Part shown: in pieces, positions 10,880 to 25,499 of the stretch
Numbering within the stretch: position 1 is the stretch's first letter
Layout of the letters: every line of letters starts with the position of its first letter
Source: Auanema rhodensis
Lineage: Eukaryota; Animalia; Nematoda
Direction: 5' to 3'
Assembly (NCBI GenBank): GCA_964057225.1
Contig: OZ059895.1
Coordinates: 19,840,001-19,904,000, forward strand
Length of the DNA stretch: 64,000 nucleotides
Notes under the pieces: model-generated
What the model was told of the DNA's origin: nothing
The model's input: only the letters and a program-made list of their open reading frames with translations
Database searches by the model: none
Position numbers and translations under genes: made by a program

Positions 10880-13800
10880 TGAATAACAATGTCCATCGTC
10901 TTTGCCTTGAAAAAAGGAATCTAAAAACATCTACTTTTTGCTAAATTATTTTGAAATTTTTCGAAAAAATTTTTGTCAAAATGTTTTTGGAAGCAATGTT
11001 GAGTGTACATGGAAACTCAACATACACTAATGCATCATTTTTCAAACGATCATAACTAATTTCTGTATTGAGCGTTTCTCAATGTAGTATAGTGCATTCG
11101 ATGCGGATTTTTAAGCTGCGTCGATCTGTGTTTTCAGATTTACGCTAGCTTAAAAATGCACCGAGATATCAACTGAAATAAGTTCACACTTAGATCCTCG
11201 ATTTTCACCCTGAAGAATTAATTTTTTCGTTGAATAACATTGTCCATCGTTTTTGCCTTGAAAGAAAGAATCTGAAAACATCTACTTTTTGCTAAATTAT
11301 TTTGAAATTTTTCGAAAAAATTTTTGTCAAAATGTTTTTGGAAGCAATGTTGAGTGTACATGGAAACTCAACATACACTAATGCATCATTTTTCAAACGA
11401 TCATAACTAATTTTTGTATTGAACGTTTCTCAATGTAGTATAGTGCATTCGATGCGGATTTTTAAGCTGCGTCGATCTGTGTTATCAGATTTGCGCTAGC
11501 TTAAAAATGCACCGAGATATCAACTGATATAAGTTCACACTTAGATCCTCGATTTTCACCCTGAAGAATTAAATTTTTCGTTGAATAACAATGTCCATCG
11601 TCTTTGCCTTGAAAAAAGGAATCTAAAAACATCTACTTTTTGCTAAATTATTTTGAAATTTTTCGAAAAAATTTTTGTCAAAATGTTTTTGGAAGCAATG
11701 TTGAGTGTACATGGAAACTCAACATACACTAATGCATCATTTTTCAAACGATCATAACTAATTTCTGTATTGAGCGTTTCTCAATGTAGTATAGTGCATT
11801 CGATGCGGATTTTTAAGCTGCGTCGATCTGTGTTTTCAGATTTACGCTAGCTTAAAAATGCACCGAGATATCAACTGAAATAAGTTCACACTTAGATCCT
11901 CGATTTTCACCCTGAAAAATTAATTTTTTCGTTGAATAACATTGTCCATCGTTTTTGCCTTGAAAGAAAGAATCTGAAAACATCTACTTTCTGCTAAATT
12001 ATTTTGAAATTTTTCGAAAAAATTTTTGTCAAAATGTTTTTGGAAGCAATGTTGAGTGTACATGGAAACTCAACATACACTAATGCATCATTTTTCAAAC
12101 GATCATAACTAATTTTTGTATTGAGCGTTTCTCAATGTAGTATAGTGCATTCGATGCGGATTTTTAAGCTGCGTCGATCTGTGTTATCAGATTTGCGCTA
12201 GCTTAAAAATGCACCGAGATATCAACTGATATAAGTTCACACTTAGATCCTCGATTTTCACCCTGAAGAATTAATTTTTTCGTTGAATAACAATGTCCAT
12301 CGTCTTTGCCTTGAAAAAAGGAATCTAAAAACATCTACTTTTTGCTAAATTATTTTGAAATTTTTCGAAAAAATTTTTGTCAAAATGTTTTTGGAAGCAA
12401 TGTTGAGTGTACATGGAAACTCAACATACACTAATGCATCATTTTTCAAACGATCATAACTAATTTCTGTATTGAGCGTTTTTCAATGTAGTATAGTGCA
12501 TTCGATGCGGATTTTTAAGCTGCGTCGATCTGTGTTTTCAGATTTACGCTAGCTTAAAAATGCACCGAGATATCAACTGAAATAAGTTCACACTTAGATC
12601 CTCGATTTTCACCCTGAAGAATTAATTTTTTCGTTGAATAACATTGTCCATCGTTTTTGCCTTGAAAGAAAGAATCTGAAAACATCTACTTTTTGCTAAA
12701 TTATTTTGAAATTTTTCGAAAAAATTTTTGTCAAAATGTTTTTGGAAGCAATGTTGAGTGTACATGGAAACTCAACATACACTAATGCATCATTTTTCAA
12801 ACGATCATAACTAATTTCTGTATTGAGCGTTTCTCAATGTAGTATAGTGCATTCGATGCGGATTTTTAAGCTGCGTCGATCTGTGTTTTCAGATTTGCGC
12901 TAGCTTAAAAATGCACCGAGATATCAACTGATATATGTTCACACTTATATCCTCGATTTTCACCCTGAAGAATTAATTTTTTCGTTGAATAACAATGTCC
13001 ATCGTCTTTGCCTTGAAAAAAGGAATCTAAAAACATCTACTTTTTGCTAAATTATTTTGAAATTTTTCGAAAAAATTTTTGTCAAAATGTTTTTGGAAGC
13101 AATGTTGAGTGTACATGGAAACTCAACATACACTAATGCATCATTTTTCAAACGATCATAACTAATTTCTGTATTGAGCGTTTTTCAATGTAGTATAGTG
13201 CATTCGATGCGGATTTTTAAGCTGCGTCGATCTGTGTTTTCAGATTTACGCTAGCTTAAAAATGCACCGAGATATCAACTGAAATAAGTTCACACTTAGA
13301 TCCTCGATTTTCACCCTGAAGAATTAATTTTTTCGTTGAATAACATTGTCCATCGTTTTTGCCTTGAAAGAAAGAATCTGAAAACATCTACTTTTTGCTA
13401 AATTATTTTGAAATTTTTCGAAAAAATTTTTGTCAAAATGTTTTTGGAAGCAATGTTGAGTGTACATGGAAACTCAACATACACTAATGCATCAGTTTTC
13501 AAACGATCATAACTAATTTTTGTATTGAACGTTTCTCAATGTAGTATAGTGCATTCGATGCGGATTTTTAAGCTGCGTCGATCTGTGTTTTCAGATTTAC
13601 GCTAGCTTAAAAATGCACCGAGATATCAACTGAAATAAGTTCACACTTAGATCCTCGATTTTCACCCTGAAGAATTAATTTTTTCGTTGAATAACATTGT
13701 CCATCGTTTTTGCCTTGAAAGAAAGAATCTGAAAACATCTACTTTTTGCTAAATTATTTTGAAATTTTTCGAAAAAATTTTTGTCAAAATGTTTTTGGAA

Positions 13801-16800
13801 GCAATGTTGAGTGTACATGGAAACTCAACATACACTAATGCATCATTTTTCAAACGATCATAACTAATTTCTGTATTGAGCGTTTCTCAATGTAGTATAG
13901 TGCATTCGATGCGGATTTTTAAGCTGCGTCGATCTGTGTTTTCAGATTTGCGCTAGCTTAAAAATGCACCGAGATATCAACTGATATATGTTCACACTTA
14001 TATCCTCGATTTTCACCCTGAAGAATTAATTTTTTCGTTGAATAACAATGTCCATCGTCTTTGCCTTGAAAAAAGGAATCTAAAAACATCTACTTTTTGC
14101 TAAATTATTTTGAAATTTTTCGAAAAAATTTTTGTCAAAATGTTTTTGGAAGCAATGTTGAGTGTACATGGAAACTCAACATACACTAATGCATCATTTT
14201 TCAAACGATCATAACTAATTTCTGTATTGAGCGTTTTTCAATGTAGTATAGTGCATTCGATGCGGATTTTTAAGCTGCGTCGATCTGTGTTTTCAGATTT
14301 ACGCTAGCTTAAAAATGCACCGAGATATCAACTGAAATAAGTTCACACTTAGATCCTCGATTTTCACCCTGAAGAATTAATTTTTTCGTTGAATAACATT
14401 GTCCATCGTTTTTGCCTTGAAAGAAAGAATCTGAAAACATCTACTTTTTGCTAAATTATTTTGAAATTTTTCGAAAAAATTTTTGTCAAAATGTTTTTGG
14501 AAGCAATGTTGAGTGTACATGGAAACTCAACATACACTAATGCATCAGTTTTCAAACGATCATAACTAATTTTTGTATTGAACGTTTCTCAATGTAGTAT
14601 AGTGCATTCGATGCGGATTTTTAAGCTGCGTCGATCTGTGTTATCAGATTTGCGCTAGCTTAAAAATGCACCGAGATATCAACTGAAATAAGTTCACACT
14701 TAGATCCTCGATTTTCACCCTGAAGAATTAATTTTTTCGTTAAATAACATTGTCCATCGTCTTTGCCTTGAAAAAAGGAATCTAAAAACATCTACTTTTT
14801 GCTAAATTATTTTGAAATTTTTCGAAAAAAATTTTGTCAAAATGTTTTTGGAAGCAATGTTGAGTGTACATGGAAACTCAACATACACTAATGCATCATT
14901 TTTCAACCGATCATAACTAATTTTTGTATCAAGCGTTTCTCAATGTAGTATAGTGCATTCGATGCGGATTTTCAAGCTGCGTCGATCTGTGTTATCAGAT
15001 TTGCGCTAGCTTAAAAATGCACCGAGATATCAACTGATATATGTTCACACTTATATCCTCGATTTTCACCCTGAAGAAATTATTTTTTCGTTGAATAACA
15101 TTGTCCATCGTCTTTGCTTTGAAAAAAGAAATCTAAAAACATCTACTTTTTGCTAAATTATTTTGAAATTTTTCGAAAAAATTTTTGTCAAAATGTTTTT
15201 GGAAGCAATGTTGAGTGTACATGGAAACTCAACATACACTAATGCATCATTTTTCAAACGATCATAACTTATTTTTGTATTAAGCGTTTCTCAATGTAGT
15301 ATAGTGCATTCGATGCGGATTTTTAAGCTGCGTCGATCTGTGTTATCAGATTTGCGCTAGCTTAAAAATGCACCGAGATATCAACTGATATAAGTTCACA
15401 CTTATATCCTCGATTTTCACCCTGAAGAATTAATTTTTTCGTTGAATAACATTGTCCATCGTCTTTGCCTTGAAAAAAAAAATCTGAAAACAACTACTTT
15501 TTGCTAAATTATTTTGAAATTTTTCGAAAAAATTTTTGTCAAAATGTTTTTGGAAGCAATGTTGAGTGTACATGGAAACTCAACATACACTAATGCATCA
15601 TTTTTCAAACGATCATAACTAATTTTTGTATCAAGCGTTTCTCAATGTAGTATAGTGCATTCGATGCGGATTTTTAAGCTGCGTCGATCTGTGTTATCAG
15701 ATTTGCGCTAGCTTAAAAATGCACCGAGATATCAACTGATATAAGTTCACACTTAGATCCTCGATTTTCACCCTGAAGAATTAATTTTTTCGTTGAATAA
15801 CAATGTCCATCGTCTTTGCCTTGAAAAAAGGAATCTAAAAACATCTACTTTTTGCTAAATTATTTTGAAATTTTTCGGAAAAATTTTTGTCAAAATGTTT
15901 TTGGAAGCAATGTTGAGTGTACATGGAAACTCAACATACACTAATGCATCATTTTTCAAACGATCATAACTAATTTCTGTATTGAGCGTTTCTCAATGTA
16001 GTATAGTGCATTCGATGCGGATTTTTAAGCTGCGTCGATCTGTGTTTTCAGATTTACGCTAGCTTAAAAATGCACCGAGATATCAACTGAAATAAGTTCA
16101 CACTTAGATCCTCGATTTTCACCCTGAAGAATTAATTTTTTCGTTGAATAACATTGTCCATCGTTTTTGCCTTGAAAGAAAGAATCTGAAAACATCTACT
16201 TTCTGCTAAATTATTTTGAAATTTTTCGAAAAAATTTTTGTCAAAATGTTTTTGGAAGCAATGTTGAGTGTACATGGAAACTCAACATACACTAATGCAT
16301 CATTTTTCAAACGATCATAACTAATTTTTGTATTAAGCGTTTCTCAATGTAGTATAGTGCATTCGATGCGGATTTTTAAGCTGCGTCGATCTGTGTTATC
16401 AGATTTGCGCTAGCTTAAAAATGCACCGAGATATCAACTGAAATAAGTTCACACTTAGATCCTCGATTTTCACCCTGAAGAATTAATTTTTTCGTTGAAT
16501 AACAATGTCCATCGTCTTTGCCTTGAAAAAAGGAATCTAAAAACATCTACTTTTTGCTAAATTATTTTGAAATTTTTCGAAAAAATTTTTGTCAAAATGT
16601 TTTTGGAAGCAATGTTGAGTGTACATGGAAACTCAACATACACTAATGCATCATTTTTCAAACGATCATAACTAATTTCTGTATTGAGCGTTTCGCAATG
16701 TAGTATAGTGCATTCGATGCGGATTTTTAAGCTGCGTCGATCTGTGTTATCAGATTTGCGCTAGCTTAAAAATGCACCGAGATATCAACTGATATAAGTT

Positions 16801-19800
16801 CACACTTAGATCCTCGATTTTCACCCTGAAGAATTAATTTTTTCGTTGAATAACAATGTCCATCGTCTTTGCCTTGAAAAAAGGAATCTAAAAACATCTA
16901 CTTTTTGCTAAATTATTTTGAAATTTTTCGAAAAAATTTTTGTCAAAATGTTTTTGGAAGCAATGTTGAGTGTACATGGAAACTCAACATACACTAATGC
17001 ATCATTTTTCAAACGATCATAACTAATTTCTGTATTGAGCGTTTCTCAATGTAGTATAGTGCATTCGATGCGGATTTTTAAGCTGCGTCGATCTGTGTTT
17101 TCAGATTTACGCTAGCTTAAAAATGCACCGAGATATCAACTGAAATAAGTTCACACTTAGATCCTCGATTTTCACCCTGAAGAATTAATTTTTTCGTTGA
17201 ATAACATTGTCCATCGTTTTTGCCTTGAAAGAAAGAATCTGAAAACATCTACTTTTTGCTAAATTATTTTGAAATTTTTCGAAAAAATTTTTGTCAAAAT
17301 GTTTTTGGAAGCAATGTTGAGTGTACATGGAAACTCAACATACACTAATGCATCATTTTTCAAACGATCATAACTAATTTTTGTATTGAACGTTTCTCAA
17401 TGTAGTATAGTGCATTCGATGCGGATTTTTAAGCTGCGTCGATCTGTGTTATCAGATTTGCGCTAGCTTAAAAATGCACCGAGATATCAACTGATATAAG
17501 TTCACACTTAGATCCTCGATTTTCACCCTGAAGAATTAAATTTTTCGTTGAATAACAATGTCCATCGTCTTTGCCTTGAAAAAAGGAATCTAAAAACATC
17601 TACTTTTTGCTAAATTATTTTGAAATTTTTCGAAAAAATTTTTGTCAAAATGTTTTTGGAAGCAATGTTGAGTGTACATGGAAACTCAACATACACTAAT
17701 GCATCATTTTTCAAACGATCATAACTAATTTCTGTATTGAGCGTTTCTCAATGTAGTATAGTGCATTCGATGCGGATTTTTAAGCTGCGTCCATCTGTGT
17801 TTTCAGATTTACGCTAGCTTAAAAATGCACCGAGATATCAACTGAAATAAGTTCACACTTAGATCCTCGATTTTCACCCTGAAGAATTAATTTTTTCGTT
17901 GAATAACATTGTCCATCGTTTTTGCCTTGAAAGAAAGAATCTGAAAACATCTACTTTCTGCTAAATTATTTTGAAATTTTTCGAAAAAATTTTTGTCAAA
18001 ATGTTTTTGGAAGCAATGTTGAGTGTACATGGAAACTCAACATACACTAATGCATCATTTTTCAAACGATCATAACTAATTTTTGTATTGAGCGTTTCTC
18101 AATGTAGTATAGTGCATTCGATGCGGATTTTTAAGCTGCGTCGATCTGTGTTTTCAGATTTACGCTAGCTTAAAAATGCACCGAGATATCAACTGAAATA
18201 AGTTCACACTTAGATCCTCGATTTTCACCCTGAAGAATTAATTTTTTCGTTGAATAACATTGTCCATCGTTTTTGCCTTGAAAGAAAGAATCTGAAAACA
18301 TCTACTTTTTGCTAAATTATTTTGAAATTTTTCGAAAAAATTTTTGTCAAAATGTTTTTGGAAGCAATGTTGAGTGTACATGGAAACTCAACATACACTA
18401 ATGCATCATTTTTCAAACGATCATAACTAATTTTTGTATTGAACGTTTCTCAATGTAGTATAGTGCATTCGATGCGGATTTTTAAGCTGCGTCGATCTGT
18501 GTTATCAGATTTGCGCTAGCTTAAAAATGCACCGAGATATCAACTGATATAAGTTCACACTTAGATCCTCGATTTTCACCCTGAAGAATTAAATTTTTCG
18601 TTGAATAACAATGTCCATCGTCTTTGCCTTGAAAAAAGGAATCTAAAAACATCTACTTTTTGCTAAATTATTTTGAAATTTTTCGAAAAAATTTTTGTCA
18701 AAATGTTTTTGGAAGCAATGTTGAGTGTACATGGAAACTCAACATACACTAATGCATCATTTTTCAAACGATCATAACTAATTTCTGTATTGAGCGTTTC
18801 TCAATGTGGTATAGTGCATTCGATGCGGATTTTTAAGCTGCGTCGATCTGTGTTTTCAGATTTACGCTAGCTTAAAAATGCACCGAGATATCAACTGAAA
18901 TAAGTTCACACTTAGATCCTCGATTTTCACCCTGAAGAATTAATTTTTTCGTTGAATAACATTGTCCATCGTTTTTGCCTTGAAAGAAAGAATCTGAAAA
19001 CATCTACTTTCTGCTAAATTATTTTGAAATTTTTCGAAAAAATTTTTGTCAAAATGTTTTTGGAAGCAATGTTGAGTGTACATGGAAACTCAACATACAC
19101 TAATGCATCATTTTTCAAACGATCATAACTAATTTTTGTATTGAGCGTTTCTCAATGTAGTATAGTGCATTCGATGCGGATTTTTAAGCTGCGTCGATCT
19201 GTGTTATCAGATTTGCGCTAGCTTAAAAATGCACCGAGATATCAACTGATATAAGTTCACACTTAGATCCTCGATTTTCACCCTGAAGAATTAATTTTTT
19301 CGTTGAATAACAATGTCCATCGTCTTTGCCTTGAAAAAAGGAATCTAAAAACATCTACTTTTTGCTAAATTATTTTGAAATTTTTCGAAAAAATTTTTGT
19401 CAAAATGTTTTTGGAAGCAATGTTGAGTGTACATGGAAACTCAACATACACTAATGCATCATTTTTCAAACGATCATAACTAATTTCTGTATTGAGCGTT
19501 TTTCAATGTAGTATAGTGCATTCGATGCGGATTTTTAAGCTGCGTCGATCTGTGTTTTCAGATTTACGCTAGCTTAAAAATGCACCGAGATATCAACTGA
19601 AATAAGTTCACACTTAGATCCTCGATTTTCACCCTGAAGAATTAATTTTTTCGTTGAATAACATTGTCCATCGTTTTTGCCTTGAAAGAAAGAATCTGAA
19701 AACATCTACTTTTTGCTAAATTATTTTGAAATTTTTCGAAAAAATTTTTGTCAAAATGTTTTTGGAAGCAATGTTGAGTGTACATGGAAACTCAACATAC

Positions 19801-22800
19801 ACTAATGCATCATTTTTCAAACGATCATAACTAATTTTTGTATTGAACGTTTCTCAATGTAGTATAGTGCATTCGATGCGGATTTTTAAGCTGCGTCGAT
19901 CTGTGTTATCAGATTTGCGCTAGCTTAAAAATGCACCGAGATATCAACTGAAATAAGTTCACACTTAGATCCTCGATTTTCACCCTGAAGAATTAATTTT
20001 TTCGTTGAATAACAATGTCCATCGTCTTTGCCTTGCAAAAAGAAATCTAAAAACATCTACTTTTCGCTAAATTATTTTGAAATTTTTCGAAAAAATTTTT
20101 GTCAAAATGTTTTTGGAAGCAATGTTGAGTGTACATGGAAACTCAACATACACTAATGCATCATTTTTCAAACGATCATAACTAATTTCTGTATTGAGCG
20201 TTTCTCAATGTAGTATAGTGCATTCGATGCGGATTTTTAAGCTGCGTCGATCTGTGTTTTCAGATTTACGCTAGCTTAAAAATGCACCGAGATATCAACT
20301 GAAATAAGTTCACACTTAGATCCTCGATTTTCACCCTGAAGAATTAATTTTTTCGTTGAATAACATTGTCCATCGTTTTTGCCTTGAAAGAAAGAATCTG
20401 AAAACATCTACTTTCTGCTAAATTATTTTGAAATTTTTCGAAAAAATTTTTGTCAAAATGTTTTTGGAAGCAATGTTGAGTGTACATGGAAACTCAACAT
20501 ACACTAATGCATCATTTTTCAAACGATCATAACTAATTTTTGTATTGAGCGTTTCTCAATGTAGTATAGTGCATTCGATGCGGATTTTTAAGCTGCGTCG
20601 ATCTGTGTTATCAGATTTGCGCTAGCTTAAAAATGCACCGAGATATCAACTGATATAAGTTCACACTTAGATCCTCGATTTTCACCCTGAAGAATTAATT
20701 TTTTCGTTGAATAACAATGTCCATCGTCTTTGCCTTGAAAAAAGGAATCTAAAAACATCTACTTTTTGCTAAATTATTTTGAAATTTTTCGAAAAAATTT
20801 TTGTCAAAATGTTTTTGGAAGCAATGTTGAGTGTACATGGAAACTCAACATACACTAATGCATCATTTTTCAAACGATCATAACTAATTTCTGTATTGAG
20901 CGTTTTTCAATGTAGTATAGTGCATTCGATGCGGATTTTTAAGCTGCGTCGATCTGTGTTTTCAGATTTACGCTAGCTTAAAAATGCACCGAGATATCAA
21001 CTGAAATAAGTTCACACTTAGATCCTCGATTTTCACCCTGAAGAATTAATTTTTTCGTTGAATAACATTGTCCATCGTTTTTGCCTTGAAAGAAAGAATC
21101 TGAAAACATCTACTTTTTGCTAAATTATTTTGAAATTTTTCGAAAAAATTTTTGTCAAAATGTTTTTGGAAGCAATGTTGAGTGTACATGGAAACTCAAC
21201 ATACACTAATGCATCATTTTTCAAACGATCATAACTAATTTTTGTATTGAACGTTTCTCAATGTAGTATAGTGCATTCGATGCGGATTTTTAAGCTGCGT
21301 CGATCTGTGTTATCAGATTTGCGCTAGCTTAAAAATGCACCGAGATATCAACTGAAATAAGTTCACACTTAGATCCTCGATTTTCACCCTGAAGAATTAA
21401 TTTTTTCGTTGAATAACAATGTCCATCGTCTTTGCCTTGAAAAAAGGAATCTAAAAACATCTACTTTTTGCTAAATTATTTTGAAATTTTTCGAAAAAAT
21501 TTTTGTCAAAATGTTTTTGGAAGCAATGTTGAGTGTACATGGAAACTCAACATACACTAATGCATCATTTTTCAAACGATCATAACTAATTTCTGTATTG
21601 AGCGTTTTTCAATGTAGTATAGTGCATTCGATGCGGATTTTTAAGCTGCGTCGATCTGTGTTTTCAGATTTACGCTAGCTTAAAAATGCACCGAGATATC
21701 AACTGAAATAAGTTCACACTTAGATCCTCGATTTTCACCCTGAAGAATTAATTTTTTCGTTGAATAACATTGTCCATCGTTTTTGCCTTGAAAGAAAGAA
21801 TCTGAAAACATCTACTTTTTGCTAAATTATTTTGAAATTTTTCGAAAAAATTTTTGTCAAAATGTTTTTGGAAGCAATGTTGAGTGTACATGGAAACTCA
21901 ACATACACTAATGCATCATTTTTCAAACGATCATAACTAATTTTTGTATTGAACGTTTCTCAATGTAGTATAGTGCATTCGATGCGGATTTTTAAGCTGC
22001 GTCGATCTGTGTTATCAGATTTGCGCTAGCTTAAAAATGCACCGAGATATCAACTGAAATAAGTTCACACTTAGATCCTCGATTTTCACCCTGAAGAATT
22101 AATTTTTTCGTTGAATAACAATGTCCATCGTCTTTGCCTTGAAAAAAGGAATCTAAAAACATCTACTTTTTGCTAAATTATTTTGAAATTTTTCGAAAAA
22201 ATTTTTGTCAAAATGTTTTTGGAAGCAATGTTGAGTGTACATGGAAACTCAACATACACTAATGCATCATTTTTCAAACGATCATAACTAATTTCTGTAT
22301 TGAGCGTTTCTCAATGTAGTATAGTGCATTCGATGCGGATTTTTAAGCTGCGTCGATCTGTGTTTTCAGATTTACGCTAGCTTAAAAATGCACCGAGATA
22401 TCAACTGAAATAAGTTCACACTTAGATCCTCGATTTTCACCCTGAAGAATTAATTTTTTCGTTGAATAACATTGTCCATCGTTTTTGCCTTGAAAGAAAG
22501 AATCTGAAAACATCTACTTTTTGCTAAATTATTTTGAAATTTTTCGAAAAAATTTTTGTCAAAATGTTTTTGGAAGCAATGTTGAGTGTACATGGAAACT
22601 CAACATACACTAATGCATCATTTTTCAAACGATCATAACTAATTTCTGTATTGAGCGTTTCGCAATGTAGTATAGTGCATTCGATGCGGATTTTTAAACT
22701 GCGTCGAACTGTGTTATCAGATTTGCGCTAGCTTAAAAATGCACCGAGATATCAACTGATATAAGTTCACACTTAGATCCTCGATTTTCACCCTGAAGAA

Positions 22801-25270
22801 TTAATTTTTTCGTTGAATAACAATGTCCATCGTCTTTGCCTTGAAAAAAGAAATCTAAAAACATCTACTTTTCGCTAAATTATTTTGAAATTTTTCGAAA
22901 AAATTTTTGTCAAAATGTTTTTGGAAGCAATGTTGAGTGTACATGGAAACTCAACATACACTAATGCATCATTTTTCAAACGATCATAACTAATTTCTGT
23001 ATTGAGCGTTTCTCAATGTAGTATAGTGCATTCGATGCGGATTTTTAAGCTGCGTCGATCTGTGTTTTCAGATTTACGCTAGCTTAAAAATGCACCGAGA
23101 TATCAACTGAAATAAGTTCACACTTAGATCCTCGATTTTCACCCTGAAGAATTAATTTTTTCGTTGAATAACATTGTCCATCGTTTTTGCCTTGAAAGAA
23201 AGAATCTGAAAACATCTACTTTTTGCTAAATTATTTTGAAATTTTTCGAAAAAATTTTTGTCAAAATGTTTTTGGAAGCAATGTTGAGTGTACATGGAAA
23301 CTCAACATACACTAATGCATCATTTTTCAAACGATCATAACTAATTTTTGTATTGAACGTTTCTCAATGTAGTATAGTGCATTCGATGCGGATTTTTAAG
23401 CTGCGTCGATCTGTGTTATCAGATTTGCGCTAGCTTAAAAATGCACCGAGATATCAACTGAAATAAGTTCACACTTAGATCCTCGATTTTCACCCTGAAG
23501 AATTAATTTTTTCGTTGAATAACAATGTCCATCGTCTTTGCCTTGAAAAAAGGAATCTAAAAACATCTACTTTTTGCTAAATTATTTTGAAATTTTTCGA
23601 AAAAATTTTTGTCAAAATGTTTTTGGAAGCAATGTTGAGTGTACATGGAAACTCAACATACACTAATGCATCATTTTTCAAACGATCATAACTAATTTCT
23701 GTATTGAGCGTTTCGCAATGTAGTATAGTGCATTCGATGCGGATTTTTAAGCTGCGTCGATCTGTGTTTTCAGATTTGCGCTAGCTTAAAAATGCACCGA
23801 GATATCAACTGATATAAGTTCACACTTACATCCTCGATTTTCACCCTGAAGAATTAATTTTTTCGTTGAATAACATTGTCCATCGTTTTTGCCTTGAAAG
23901 AAAGAATCTGAAAACATCTACTTTCTGCTAAATTATTTTGAAATTTTTCGAAAACATTTTTGTCAAAATGTTTTTGGAAGCAATGTTGAGTGTACATGGA
24001 AACTCAACATACACTAATGCATCATTTTTTAAACGATCATAACTAATTTTTGTATTGAGCGTTTCTCAATGTAGTATAGTGCATTCGATGCGGATTTTTA
24101 AGCTGCGTCGATCTGTGTTATCAGATTTGCGCTAGCTTAAAAATGCACCGAGATATCAACTGAAATAAGTTCACACTTAGATCCTCGATTTTCACCCTGA
24201 AGAATTAATTTTTTCGTTGAATAACAATGTCCATCGTCTTTGCCTTGAAAAAAGGAATCTAAAAACATCTACTTTTTGCTAAATTATTTTGAAATTTTTC
24301 GAAAAAATTTTTGTCAAAATGTTTTTGGAAGCAATGTTGAGTGTACATGGAAACTCAACATACACTAATGCATCATTTTTCAAACGATCATAACTAATTT
24401 CTGTATTGAGCGTTTCGCAATGTAGTATAGTGCATTCGATGCGGATTTTTAAGCTGCGTCGATCTGTGTTTTCAGATTTGCGCTAGCTTAAAAATGCACC
24501 GAGATATCAACTGATATAAGTTCACACTTACATCCTCGATTTTCACCCTGAAGAATTAATTTTTTCGTTGAATAACATTGTCCATCGTTTTTGCCTTGAA
24601 AGAAAGAATCTGAAAACATCTACTTTCTGCTAAATTATTTTGAAATTTTTCGAAAAAATTTTTGTCAAAATGTTTTTGGAAGCAATGTTGAGTGTACATG
24701 GAAACTCAACATACACTAATGCATCATTTTTCAAACGATCATAACTAATTTTTGTATTGAGCGTTTCTCAATGTAGTATAGTGCATTCGATGCGGATTTT
24801 TAAGCTGCGTCGATCTGTGTTATCAGATTTGCGCTAGCTTAAAATGCACCGAGATATCAACTGATATAAGTTCACACTTAGATCCTCGATTTTCACCCTG
24901 AAGAATTAATTTTTTCGTTGAATAACAATGTCCATCGTCTTTGCCTTGAAAAAAGGAATCTAAAAACATCTACTTTTTGCTAAATTATTTTGAAATTTTT
25001 CGAAAAAATTTTTGTCAAAATGTTTTTGGAAGCAATGTTGAGTGTACATGGAAACTCAACATACACTAATGCATCATTTTTTAAACGATCATAACTAATT
25101 TTTGTATTGAGCGTTTCTCAATGTAGTATAGTGCATTCGATGCGGATTTTTAAGCTGCGTCGATCTGTGTTATCAGATTTGCGCTAGCTTAAAAATGCAC
25201 CGAGATATCAACTGATATAAGTTCACACATATATCCTCGATTTTCACCCTGAAGAATTAATTTTTTCGTT
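10880..25270 (+). repeat. AB dimeric HOR domain (702 bp), strictly alternating from about 18250 to 25270
   Basis: A-type monomers (AACAATG, CGTCTTTG, AAAAAG(G/A)AATCTAA, usually TTCTGTA) alternate with B-type monomers (AACATTG, CGTTTTTG, AAGAAAGAATCTGA). Occasional AA/BB slips and an interruption at 14.7-15.8 kb. Confidence 0.88.
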
Positions 25271-25499
25271 GAATAACATTGTCCATCGTCTTTGCCTTGA
25301 AAAAAGGAATCTAAAAACATATACTTTTTGCTAAATTATTCTGAAATTTTTCGAAAAAATTTTTGTCAAAATGTTTTTGGAAGCAATGTTGAGTGTACAT
25401 GGAAACTCAACATACACTAATGCATCATTTTTCAAACGATCATAACTAATTTTTGTATTGAGCGTTTCTCAATGTAGTATAGTGCATTCGATGCGGATT

